A stretch of DNA of 64,000 nt from Pirellulales bacterium (lineage in GTDB: Bacteria > Planctomycetota > Planctomycetia > Pirellulales > JAICIG01). Below are positions 51,575-60,546 of the stretch, one piece after another. The stretch is taken from NCBI GenBank assembly GCA_040901675.1, contig JBBDYJ010000001.1:154231-218230 (forward strand). The letters are read 5' to 3'. The translations under genes and the position numbers were made by a program. The first letter of the stretch is position 1; each line of letters begins with the position of its first letter. The notes beneath the pieces are model-generated. The model worked only from the letters and a program-made list of their open reading frames with translations, made no database searches and had not been told where the DNA came from.

Positions 51575-52222
51575 TTACGACCCCGCCAAGGCCGGTTCGC
51601 GCTCTTCGACAGGTCCGCCCGTGGGAGCCGGCCGGGGCACCGCCCGCTCGTGGCCGACCGCTCGCACCCAGTCCAGGTCGCCGCGACGCCAGACATACGC
51701 GAAACCAACCATCAGCACGCCAAAGAACACCAGGATGTCGAGAATCGCCGCCAGCGCCAGAACCCCGGCCGAACGCTCGATCTCCCGCGCCGCCGCGGCC
51801 GGGGTGGCGTCGGCGGCCGGCTGCGGCATGGCGGCCGGCGGGACGCCGAGCTCACTGTAGATTGCACGGGGCGCCGCCAGCAGCGTCGGCGGTCCAGCAA
51901 CGCCGTCCACTTCGACCGATTCCACCTTGGCCAGCGCCGGGTCCATCAGGTGCGTGGCCTTGCCGTACACCGTGGCCCAGGGAAAGAAAAAGGCGATCTC
52001 CACGTCGAAGATGATGAACAACAGCGCCACCACGTAGAACCGCAGGTCGAACTGGACGAAGCTCGAACCGATCGTCGGTTCCCCACACTCGTATACCGAC
52101 AGCTTCTCCTGGTTGGGCGCTTTGGGCCTCAGAAACTTGCCCACCAGCAAATTCAGGAACAGAAACCCGAATCCGACCGCGGTGAACAGAGCCAGGTAAG
52201 CGGCAATGAAGGTTGGCGACAT
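51575..52222 (-). CDS. nuoA: NADH-quinone oxidoreductase subunit A with internal insertion
   Basis: KLSVYECG, FYVVALLFIIFDVE, YVWRRGDLDW. Confidence 0.92.
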   Translation of the reverse strand: MSPTFIAAYLALFTAVGFGFLFLNLLVGKFLRPKAPNQEKLSVYECGEPTIGSSFVQFDLRFYVVALLFIIFDVEIAFFFPWATVYGKATHLMDPALAKVESVEVDGVAGPPTLLAAPRAIYSELGVPPAAMPQPAADATPAAAAREIERSAGVLALAAILDILVFFGVLMVGFAYVWRRGDLDWVRAVGHERAVPRPAPTGGPVEEREPALAGS

Positions 52223-52361
52223 CGAACAGGCCAAACCCCGGGGCAAGGCCGATGAATCGGCGGCAACTAGCGGCGAAAAAAGCGATTGTAGGCCAACTCG
52301 CTCCCTTTGCAAGCCGTGCGGCTCGCCCGGAGTGGCAATCGGGTCGCCGCTGGGCGGTCCA

Positions 52362-52862
52362 TCAGGAGTCGATCGAGTCGCCCTCGTCGACGGGCGAGCT
52401 GGCGTCGCCTTCCGCCACGCTGCCAACGGCCACGCTGCCGCAATTGGTCAACGGGCGCCGGCCGGGAAAGCCGGCGTCCAGCTCGTGCCAGTGCTGCACC
52501 TCGGGCTCGCCGAGTTTCCAGCAGAGGTAAACCAGGCGGCCCTCGATCAACGCGGGAAAATCGATCAGGCCCTCCGGCCCATTCTTGGGTTCCACCCCCA
52601 GCTCACGCAACTCTTCAACGTACTCCTGCAGTCGCTGGCTGTCCTTTTCCAGCTCTTCCTCGATCTGGGCCAGCTCTTCGCCATACAAGTCGCGCGAGCC
52701 GCGCTGCCGCCCCGCCAACAGCATGGCCAGCCGCTCGCGACGTTCGATCACGTCCCTGGAAAGCTCCGCCAAATCGGTGGCAATGGCACGGACCAGCGGC
52801 AGGACGGCGTTGGCCTGCTCGACGGTGAAAATCTTCGCGTCGCCTATGGCTTGGCCCGACAT
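52362..52862 (-). CDS. DUF2203 family protein
   Basis: FTVEQANAVLP, GLIDFP, YLCWKLGE, WHELDAGFPGRRPL; GAGGT RBS. Confidence 0.85.
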   Translation of the reverse strand: MSGQAIGDAKIFTVEQANAVLPLVRAIATDLAELSRDVIERRERLAMLLAGRQRGSRDLYGEELAQIEEELEKDSQRLQEYVEELRELGVEPKNGPEGLIDFPALIEGRLVYLCWKLGEPEVQHWHELDAGFPGRRPLTNCGSVAVGSVAEGDASSPVDEGDSIDS

Positions 52863-52903
52863 GGAGGTGCACCTCTTGGTTACTCGATAACCCAGTATAC
52901 GGG

Positions 52904-53440
52904 TTAACTGCCGTTTTGGTTAGGGCCGCCGTGAACCGGCTCGGCAATTACCTTCGAGGCGGCCACCGCGGTGGGGTTCAGCGTGGCACGTCCCCAGGCG
53001 ACATCCACGGGCATTCGCGAAAAATCGACAATGCAGCCGTCCCGGCTGTAGCAGCTCAGATCGTGCGTGGCCCCCATGAAAATACAATCGACCGGACAAG
53101 GGTCGACGCACAAGGCGCAAAACATACACTTGGTGTAATCGATCGTAAACCCGGTTACCTTGAAGCCCTTTCCCTGCGTGACCCGCTCCTTGCCGATATA
53201 AATGCAATCGACCGGGCAGGCCTTGGCACATTGGTCGCAAGCGATGCAGGTGGTCAGGTCGTAGCGGTGGAACCCGCGATAACGGGGCGCCACCGGCACC
53301 GGCAGCTCGGGATACTCGAAGTGCTCGGTGAACGTCTTGCGCTGCGGGTCGTAGGTCTTCCACCAGTAGCGCAGCGTCACCCACATCCCCTGGATGACGG
53401 TCCTGACGGCATCCCAGACGTCACGAAGCCACTGTAACAT
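52904..53440 (-). CDS. nuoI: NADH-quinone oxidoreductase subunit I (2x[4Fe-4S])
   Basis: RYRGFH, CIACDQCAKACP, CMFCALCVDPCP. Confidence 0.92.
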   Translation of the reverse strand: MLQWLRDVWDAVRTVIQGMWVTLRYWWKTYDPQRKTFTEHFEYPELPVPVAPRYRGFHRYDLTTCIACDQCAKACPVDCIYIGKERVTQGKGFKVTGFTIDYTKCMFCALCVDPCPVDCIFMGATHDLSCYSRDGCIVDFSRMPVDVAWGRATLNPTAVAASKVIAEPVHGGPNQNGS

Positions 53441-53592
53441 TTGCTCACCAATCCAGCCGAGAACTGCGCGTACTCCACCGCCCGCGAGCGACTTTCCGCC
53501 AAACAAAACCCTTGCCTTCGGCACACCGCCTGCTGAATTATAGGCAGCCAACCCGCGCTCGCAAGCGGTCAAGCGAAGTGCGCTTTCCCCCC

Positions 53593-53674
53593 TGCCACTG
53601 CTTTCCCGTGCCACACTGCTGCTTTCCTGTGCCACTGCTTGGAGGAGCCGACATGTCGGCTCCGAGAAGCAGTG
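53593..53674. repeat. Degenerate CCACTGCTT repeats ending in a long hairpin
   Basis: CACTGCTT...GGAGCCGACATGTCGGCTCC...AAGCAGTG (53633-53674). Confidence 0.7.
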
Positions 53675-54055
53675 CAACTCAGCACCAGGTCTGTCACAAA
53701 GTTGCCTTTACCCCAGCCGGCCGCGGCCGCTCGCCCGCAGGCACGGCACACGGGTCGATGCTAGCGTTTTCCCATTTTGGGGGTAACGTCCACACCGAAC
53801 GGGAGGGGCAGGCGTCAAAGACGTAACTTTAGGAGCCGGCTCGCGCCGATGGGTCACCGGCGGCCGCAGCCTGCGGAGGGATCCAGCCCGCGAGCCAGGG
53901 CAGAATCCATAAGTGCCAGTGATTTAGGTAGTTACGACTAAAACTCGCAGTTGACTCGGCGGTTGAACAGCTCGGCCCCGCCCGCTACATACGAATCTTG
54001 TGCCAAGAAGTGCCCCGCCGGGCGAAAAAATCGGCTCCCGCCCGGCATGCCAAGC

Positions 54056-54083
54056 TTGACTCTCGACACAGGCCGCCTAAAGT
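54056..54083 (+). promoter_or_regulatory. Putative sigma70 promoter upstream of csrA
   Basis: TTGACT-16 nt-TAAAGT. Confidence 0.45.
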
Positions 54084-54155
54084 GAAGTGAGGAAAGTTAC
54101 TGCGCGCACAGCCACTTACGGCTTCGGGCGTCGGTGTCGATGCGCGTCGGTAACG

Positions 54156-54235
54156 ATGGAGTAGACCATTTGTTCGCCCCTAAAGGTCCAAGGAGGACAC
54201 TCCCCTAAGGAAGGTCCCTGTCAAGAAGCGAAGGA
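54156..54235 (+). promoter_or_regulatory. csrA leader with ANGGA motifs (candidate CsrA binding sites)
   Basis: ATGGA 54156; GTCC-AAGGA-GGAC 54186-98; CCT-AAGGA-AGG 54204-14; AAGGA in SD at 54231. Confidence 0.65.
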
Positions 54236-54242
54236 ATTGGCG

Positions 54243-54482
54243 ATGTTGGTTTTATCCCGCAAGAAGAACGAGAGTATCGTCATCAACAACGACATCACCA
54301 TTGTCGTCGTTGAGATTCGCGGTGACAAGGTCCGGCTGGGCGTCGAGGCGCCCAAGGAAGTGCCGGTGCACCGCCGCGAGGTCTACGATGCGATTCAGCG
54401 CAACAACAACTTGAACTTGCCGGCCGAGGGCCAGGGCAAGGCCGCCAGCGGTGCTGATGCCCCCAGCGGTGAAGTTGGTTGA
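54243..54482 (+). CDS. csrA: Carbon storage regulator
   Basis: [14 protein letters not shown]...[23 protein letters not shown]. Confidence 0.97.
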   Translation: MLVLSRKKNESIVINNDITIVVVEIRGDKVRLGVEAPKEVPVHRREVYDAIQRNNNLNLPAEGQGKAASGADAPSGEVG

Positions 54483-54634
54483 TGCTCGTTCACGTGACGT
54501 GCCTGCCACGGGCGTTCCCCCCTGCCCGACGCTTTCCTTTATTTGGTCGTTATCGCGGGCTTCGCTGTGCGCGCCGACCGCCTCCCCGATTTCCGTGCCG
54601 CGCCGCACCCGTCGCGCTGTTTGGCCGCGGTGGC

Positions 54635-54664
54635 TTGACGCAGCTACGGCCGGCCCGTTATACA
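54635..54664 (+). promoter_or_regulatory. Putative sigma70 promoter for tRNA-Glu/hemH
   Basis: TTGACG-18 nt-TATACA followed by GC-rich sequence. Confidence 0.5.
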
Positions 54665-54699
54665 CCCTGCTAGGCGCGCCTGCCAGGCGGCGGCCCGCC

Positions 54700-54774
54700 G
54701 GCCCCGTCGTCTAGCCAGGTCTAGGACACAGGCCTTTCACGCCTGCAACACGGGTTCGAATCCCGTCGGGGTCA
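54700..54774 (+). tRNA. tRNA-Glu(UUC), CCA not encoded
   Basis: GGCCCCG/CGGGGTC acceptor stem, CAGGC-CTTTCAC-GCCTG anticodon arm, GGTTCGAATCC T-arm. Confidence 0.96.
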
Positions 54775-54784
54775 CTCCATTGGC

Positions 54785-55840
54785 ATGCCTGACACCGCCG
54801 AGCAACCCTACGACGCCCTGCTGTTGGTTTCCTTCGGCGGGCCGGAAGGCCCGGACGATGTCCTCCCCTTCCTCGACAATGTCCTGCGTGGCAGGCGGGT
54901 GCCGCGCGAGCGGATGCTCCAAGTCGCCGAGCACTACCGGCGCTTCGGCGGCGTCAGCCCGATCAACGAACAGAATCGCTCGCTCATCCGCGCCCTGGAA
55001 GCCGAGTTCCAGCGGCAAGGACCTCGGCTTCCGGTTTACTTGGGCAACCGCAATTGGCATCCACTCATCGCCGAAGCGCTCACGCAAATGGCGGCCGACG
55101 GTGTACGTCGGGCGCTGGCCTTTTGTACCTCCGCCTACAGTTCGTATTCCGGCTGCCGCCAATACCGCGAAAACATCGAAGACGCCCGGACTCGCGTCGG
55201 CCCCTCCGCCCCCCGCGTCGATAAGCTGCGGGTCTTCTACAATCACCCCGGATTTGTCGAGGCCATGACCGACCGCGTGCGGGATGCCTTGGCCGCGATA
55301 CCCAGCCACCGTCATGCCGCCGCCCACCTGGTGTTCACCGCCCACAGCATCCCCCAAGCCATGGCCGCGAACTGCCGCTACCAAAGCCAACTTGCCGAAT
55401 CCTGCCGCCTGGTGGCCGATGCTCTGGCCGAATCGGGACCTCGCCTGCCTTGGCAGCTCGTGTACCAGAGCCGCAGTGGGCCGCCGGAGCAGCCGTGGCT
55501 CGAACCCGACGTGCGAGATTATTTGGGCGAGCTGGCCGGTCGCGGCATCCACGACGCGGTCGTGGTGCCGATCGGCTTTTTATCGGACCACATGGAGGTG
55601 CTGTACGACCTGGACGTCGAGGCCGCCGCGATCTGCCGATCATTGGGCTTGAACATGTTGCGGGCAGGCACCGCCGGCACGCACCCCGCCTTTGTAGCGA
55701 TGATCCGCGAGCTCGTGCTGGAACGCATGGGACAAGTCGACCAGCGGCGGGCCTTGGGCGCCTCCGGCCCCAGCCATGATGTGTGCCCGGCCGATTGCTG
55801 CCCCAGCGGCGCGACGCGGCCAGGGGAGGCAGCCTCGTAG
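54785..55840 (+). CDS. hemH: Ferrochelatase
   Basis: LLVSFGGPE, GGVSPI, GNRNWHP, FTAHSIP, YQSRSG...WLEPD, PIGFLSDHMEVLYDLD. Confidence 0.95.
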   Translation: MPDTAEQPYDALLLVSFGGPEGPDDVLPFLDNVLRGRRVPRERMLQVAEHYRRFGGVSPINEQNRSLIRALEAEFQRQGPRLPVYLGNRNWHPLIAEALTQMAADGVRRALAFCTSAYSSYSGCRQYRENIEDARTRVGPSAPRVDKLRVFYNHPGFVEAMTDRVRDALAAIPSHRHAAAHLVFTAHSIPQAMAANCRYQSQLAESCRLVADALAESGPRLPWQLVYQSRSGPPEQPWLEPDVRDYLGELAGRGIHDAVVVPIGFLSDHMEVLYDLDVEAAAICRSLGLNMLRAGTAGTHPAFVAMIRELVLERMGQVDQRRALGASGPSHDVCPADCCPSGATRPGEAAS

Positions 55841-55928
55841 AAGTGCACGTGCCGAAGCGGGCTGGGGGAAGCCCTTTTGACGATTCGTCGATTTGACTGA
55901 TTTTGAAGTCGCACCAGGAGACCAACGC

Positions 55929-57281
55929 ATGGTACCCGGACTGAAGGGGTTTGTTTGGCTGAGCTGTCTGGCGGTCCTGTTGGAGCTCCCATGCCCGGCT
56001 GCTGCCGATGACTGGCCGCAGTGGCGGGGACCCGCGCGCGACGGCGTATGGCGTGAAGAGGGCATCGTCGAAGAATTCTCATCCCCGCGACTCGAGCCCC
56101 GTTGGCGGGCGAAAATCTCCAGCGGCTACAGCGGCCCGACCGTGGCCGACGGCCGCGTGTACGTTACCGACCGCCTGGTCGGGCCGAAGCAGGTCGAGCG
56201 GGTCCACTGCTTCGATTGGCGTTCGGGCAAGAACCTTTGGACCCACGTCTACGACTGCGTCTACAGCGGCGTCGGATACGAGGCCGGCCCGCGGGCCTCC
56301 GTATCGATCCGCGACGGCCGGGCTTATTCGTTGGGATCGATGGGGCACCTGTTCTGCCTGGACGCGGCCGGCGGCAAGGTGCTGTGGAAGAAGGACCTGA
56401 ACCAGGAGTACGGCATCCGCATGCCCATTTGGGGCATCGCCGCCAGCCCCTTGATCGAACAGGACCTGGTCATCGTGCAGATTGGCGGAGCGGACGATGC
56501 CTGCCTCGTCGCCTTCGACCTCGCTACGGGCGAAGAAAAATGGCGGGCGCTTGCAGACGAGGCCTCCTATGCGGCGCCCATCATTATCGAGCAGGCAGGC
56601 CGGCGCGTGCTGGTTTGCTGGACCGGCGAGAGCGTGGCCGGCCTGAATCCCGGCTCAGGCGAGGTGTATTGGCGGCATCCCTTCCCGCCCAAGAACATGG
56701 TGATTTCGATTGCCACTCCGGTCTTCGAGCGTGACCGGCTGTTCGTCACCTCCTTCTACGATGGGGCGTTGATGCTCAAGGTCGATCCCAAGCGGCTGGC
56801 GGTCCAAGAGCTGTGGCGCAAGCGCGGTCCCGACGAGCAGCATACCGAGGCGCTGCACTCGATCATCAGCACGCCCTATCTCACGGGCGACTACGTCTAC
56901 GGCGTCGACAGCTATGGCGAGCTGCGCTGCCTGGACGCCAGGACGGGCGAGCGGATCTGGGAGAGCCTCGAAGCGACGCCGCCGGCCCGCTGGAGCAACA
57001 TCCACATGGTCAAGAACGGCGAGCGGATCTGGATGTTCAACGAGCGCGGCGACCTGATCATCAGCAAGCTCTCCCCCTCCGGGTACCAGGAGATCAGCCG
57101 CGCCAAGCTCATCGAACCCACCCGCGAGCAGTTGAACCAGCGTGGCGGCGTCTGCTGGGCCCACCCCGCCTACGCCTACCGGCACGTTTTCGCCCGCAAC
57201 GACAACGAATTGGTCTGCGTCGATCTTTCGAAACAAGCAGCGGCGAAGAACCGGTCTGGACACGCTCTTGGAAATCGCTAG
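55929..57281 (+). CDS. PQQ-binding-like beta-propeller repeat protein
   Basis: Signal peptide; DWPQWRGP, GYSGP, repeated CLDAxTGxxxW, WAHPA. Confidence 0.88.
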   Translation: MVPGLKGFVWLSCLAVLLELPCPAAADDWPQWRGPARDGVWREEGIVEEFSSPRLEPRWRAKISSGYSGPTVADGRVYVTDRLVGPKQVERVHCFDWRSGKNLWTHVYDCVYSGVGYEAGPRASVSIRDGRAYSLGSMGHLFCLDAAGGKVLWKKDLNQEYGIRMPIWGIAASPLIEQDLVIVQIGGADDACLVAFDLATGEEKWRALADEASYAAPIIIEQAGRRVLVCWTGESVAGLNPGSGEVYWRHPFPPKNMVISIATPVFERDRLFVTSFYDGALMLKVDPKRLAVQELWRKRGPDEQHTEALHSIISTPYLTGDYVYGVDSYGELRCLDARTGERIWESLEATPPARWSNIHMVKNGERIWMFNERGDLIISKLSPSGYQEISRAKLIEPTREQLNQRGGVCWAHPAYAYRHVFARNDNELVCVDLSKQAAAKNRSGHALGNR

Positions 57282-57322
57282 TCTATCACCCCCCAAATTG
57301 ACAGGTGCAAAGGAGTGTACCG

Positions 57323-58312
57323 ATGAAACGGCCGCTGGTGCTGCTCTGCGCGGCCCTGGTTGCGGGTTGCCAAAGCACGGCGCCGAGCGTCGACCCGTTC
57401 CTGGGGCGTAAGACCGTGCCACCCCCCGGCACGGGCACTGCCGGCGCACCGATCTCGGAGCCTTACTATCCCGGATCCGCACCCTATTCGCCCGGCAGCA
57501 CGACACCCAACCAATACGCGCCACCCGGCGGCAGCTATCAATACCCGCAGCAGGGCTCGCTGCGGCAGACGCCCAACGGCCCCCTGGCGGCCCAAGGCCG
57601 CCCCAACGAGCCTGCACCGGTCGCGCAGCCGGCCGGCGGCAATTGGTCGGAGCTGGGCCAGGCCGTCCAGGCCGATTACGAGCAGCCCGCCGGCGACCCA
57701 GCCCAAGATCTCCACGGCAGCCCGGTCCAACTGGCCGGGTACGAAGCCGATGACGACGATCCGGTGGTGATGTCGGCATCGGACGTTTCCGAAATCCGAA
57801 TCATCGAGCCGCCCGCCCAATCCAGTCCGGAAACCGCTCGGCCTCCGGCGACGTCGGTGGCCGCCCAGCCGGCTGCTTTGCGTGCGCCAGGTCGGCACGA
57901 GCCTTCCCATGCGATCGACATCATGGATCTGCCGGCGGTCAATCGGGCCGACTCAGAAGCCGGCCTCGCCGGTCGGACACGAAAGGCCTCTCGCCCGGCC
58001 GCGGCCCATGCCGCCGAACGTCCAGCGGCCGATCCGGGAAAAAGCGACCGCTACGGCTACGCGGCCGATTATCGCTCGCTGCGAGGCCAATTGGAGTTCT
58101 CGCTGATCGATCGGCAGTGGAAGCTCCGCTATATACCGATCGACGGAGATACCGACGACTATGGTGGAAGCGTCGTTCTCCATGGACATGCTCTGGACGA
58201 CTTCCGGCCCGGCGAGTTTGTCTCCGTGCGCGGCCAGATCGAGGGCCAGGGCGCGGCCGGCACGTTTGCCGCCGCCTATCGCGTCGATGACATCAAGCCG
58301 CTGAGCCGCTGA
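57323..58312 (+). CDS. Lipoprotein with Pro-rich linker and small C-terminal domain
   Basis: AAGGAG RBS; LVAGC lipobox; C-terminal LRGQLE...WKLRY...DDYGGSV. Confidence 0.75.
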   Translation: MKRPLVLLCAALVAGCQSTAPSVDPFLGRKTVPPPGTGTAGAPISEPYYPGSAPYSPGSTTPNQYAPPGGSYQYPQQGSLRQTPNGPLAAQGRPNEPAPVAQPAGGNWSELGQAVQADYEQPAGDPAQDLHGSPVQLAGYEADDDDPVVMSASDVSEIRIIEPPAQSSPETARPPATSVAAQPAALRAPGRHEPSHAIDIMDLPAVNRADSEAGLAGRTRKASRPAAAHAAERPAADPGKSDRYGYAADYRSLRGQLEFSLIDRQWKLRYIPIDGDTDDYGGSVVLHGHALDDFRPGEFVSVRGQIEGQGAAGTFAAAYRVDDIKPLSR

Positions 58313-58581
58313 GCGCTCGCCGCTGCCTGCGGCGCACCGGGCAGCCGGCGGCCCGCGGGGCACAACAGCCCTTCTCTGCTTGCCTAGCAGTTCCGCCCGC
58401 CGCCAAACCACGTGCCAGGCGGCCGCCCATAGCCTACAATAGAGGCGGCCCCGCGTACCGCCTCCGGGTGCTGGTGCCACTGCTTGAAGTCCCGGCCCGC
58501 CAGGACCAGAAGCAGTGCCCGCCCCTGCGACGTAGCTACCAGGGCCGTCACATTCCTTCTCTTCGATCCAGGCAGGCGGCG

Positions 58582-60537
58582 TTGGGCACCATTCCCACCG
58601 GTTTTTCGGCACAGGTGCAGGCTTACACGGGCGGTCCGGTCAGCCGCAAGCTGGCCAGTTGGAGCCTGTTGTTGCCGAAGGTCGCGGCCTACGAGCCGGA
58701 GCTTGAGAAGCTCTCGGACCACGATCTGCGCAAGCGTAGCCTGTCGCTGCGCTACCGGGCCAAGAGCCAGGAGCCCTTGGAACGGCTGCTGCCGGAAAGC
58801 TACGCCCTGGTCCGCGAGGCGGCCCGCCGGACCGTGAACATGCGGCACTTCGACGTGCAGATTCTGGGCGGCATTGCCATGCACCACCGCTCGATTGCCG
58901 AAATGCAGACCGGCGAAGGCAAGACGCTCACCGCCACGCTGCCCATGTATCTGCACGCGCTGGCCGGCAAGGGCGCCCAGTTGGCCACCGTCAACGACTA
59001 CCTGGCCCGCCGCGACGCCGAGTGGATGCGGCCCATCTACCAACAATTGGGCATTTCCGTGGGAGTCATCGAGGCCAACATGCAGCAGCCAACCCGCCGC
59101 AAGGCCTATGCCTGCGACGTGACCTATGGCACCGCCAAGGAGTTCGGCTTCGACTTCCTGCGAGATCGGCTGCTGCTGCGGCGCATCAACGACGGTCTGG
59201 CCGATTTCCTGGGCGGAATGCTCGGACAGCAGGGCGCCGGCGGCGGAGAACAACCGGTACAGCGGGGGGCCCACTTTATCGTGGTCGATGAGGCCGACAG
59301 CATCCTGATCGACGAGGCCCGCACGCCGCTGATCATCAGCGCACTGCCGACCGAGGCCGAAAAGATCGCCGTCGAGTGTTACCGCTGGAGCGCCAAGGTG
59401 GCCGCCGGCTTCGAAGAAGACGAACATTACACCTACGACCACGAGAAGCAGACGGTGGAATTGACCGCACCCGGCCGGCAACGGGTCCGCACGCTGACCA
59501 AGCCCGACGCGATGGACTCGGTCGGCATGTTCACCATCTACGAGTACGTGGAGCGGGCCATCAAGGTCTCCAAGGCGTTCACGCTCGACCGGCAATATGT
59601 AATCCGCGACGGCGAGATTGTGATCGTCGACGAGTTTACGGGCCGGCTCTCCGAGGGCCGCAAGTGGCGCGACGGAATCCACCAGGCGGTCGAGGCCAAG
59701 GAAGGCGTCGAGGTCACCGTCGCCACGGGCCAGGCGGCCCGGATCACCGTGCAGGATTTCTTTCTCCGCTACGAGCGGCTGGCCGGCATGACCGGCACCG
59801 CCGTCAGCTCGGCACGCGAGCTGGCCAAGATCTACCAGGTGCGCGTGGTGCCCATTCCCACCAACCGGCCCGCCATCCGGCAGCGGTTGCCCGATCGGAT
59901 CTTCGGCACGGCCGACGCCAAGTGGGCCGCCATCGTGGACGAAGTGCGCGAGCTGCACGCCGCGGGCCGGCCGATCCTGATCGGCACCCGATCGATCGAC
60001 AAATCGGTCCACCTGGCCCGACTGCTCCGCGCCGCCGGCATCGAACACCGCGTCCTCAACGCCCATGAGATCGCCGCCGAGGCCGACATCGTGGCCCGTG
60101 CCGGCCTGCAAGGCAAGGTCACCGTATCAACCAACATGGCCGGCCGCGGCACCGACATCAAGCTGGGCGAAGGCATCGACGCGCTGGGCGGCCTGCACGT
60201 GATCTGCACCGAGATGCACGATGCGGCCCGCATCGACCGCCAGTTGATCGGGCGCTGCGGCCGCCAGGGCGATCCGGGGACTTACCGGCAATACCTGGCC
60301 CTGGACGACGACATCCTGTTGGCCGGCCTGGGTCCCAAAAAATCGCGGCGGCTCAAGGCGCGGGGCGAGAAAGCACGCGGCCCCTTCGATCGCCTGGGCA
60401 GGCTCTTTCGCAAATCGCAGCGGCGGATCGAGCGCCGCCACTTCCGCGACCGCCGCGTGCTGATGTACTACGAGAAAGAACGCAAGAAGATTCAAAAACA
60501 GATGGGCCAGGACCCCTATCTCGACACCGCCGGCTAA
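58582..60537 (+). CDS. Short SecA paralogue (SecA_DEAD type, lacks C-terminal domains); start uncertain
   Basis: EMQTGEGKT, TVNDYLARRD, VDEADSILIDEARTPLIIS, GMTGTA, TNMAGRGTDI, RIDRQLIGRCGRQGDPG. Confidence 0.88.
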   Translation: MGTIPTGFSAQVQAYTGGPVSRKLASWSLLLPKVAAYEPELEKLSDHDLRKRSLSLRYRAKSQEPLERLLPESYALVREAARRTVNMRHFDVQILGGIAMHHRSIAEMQTGEGKTLTATLPMYLHALAGKGAQLATVNDYLARRDAEWMRPIYQQLGISVGVIEANMQQPTRRKAYACDVTYGTAKEFGFDFLRDRLLLRRINDGLADFLGGMLGQQGAGGGEQPVQRGAHFIVVDEADSILIDEARTPLIISALPTEAEKIAVECYRWSAKVAAGFEEDEHYTYDHEKQTVELTAPGRQRVRTLTKPDAMDSVGMFTIYEYVERAIKVSKAFTLDRQYVIRDGEIVIVDEFTGRLSEGRKWRDGIHQAVEAKEGVEVTVATGQAARITVQDFFLRYERLAGMTGTAVSSARELAKIYQVRVVPIPTNRPAIRQRLPDRIFGTADAKWAAIVDEVRELHAAGRPILIGTRSIDKSVHLARLLRAAGIEHRVLNAHEIAAEADIVARAGLQGKVTVSTNMAGRGTDIKLGEGIDALGGLHVICTEMHDAARIDRQLIGRCGRQGDPGTYRQYLALDDDILLAGLGPKKSRRLKARGEKARGPFDRLGRLFRKSQRRIERRHFRDRRVLMYYEKERKKIQKQMGQDPYLDTAG

Positions 60538-60546
60538 GCACCCCAT

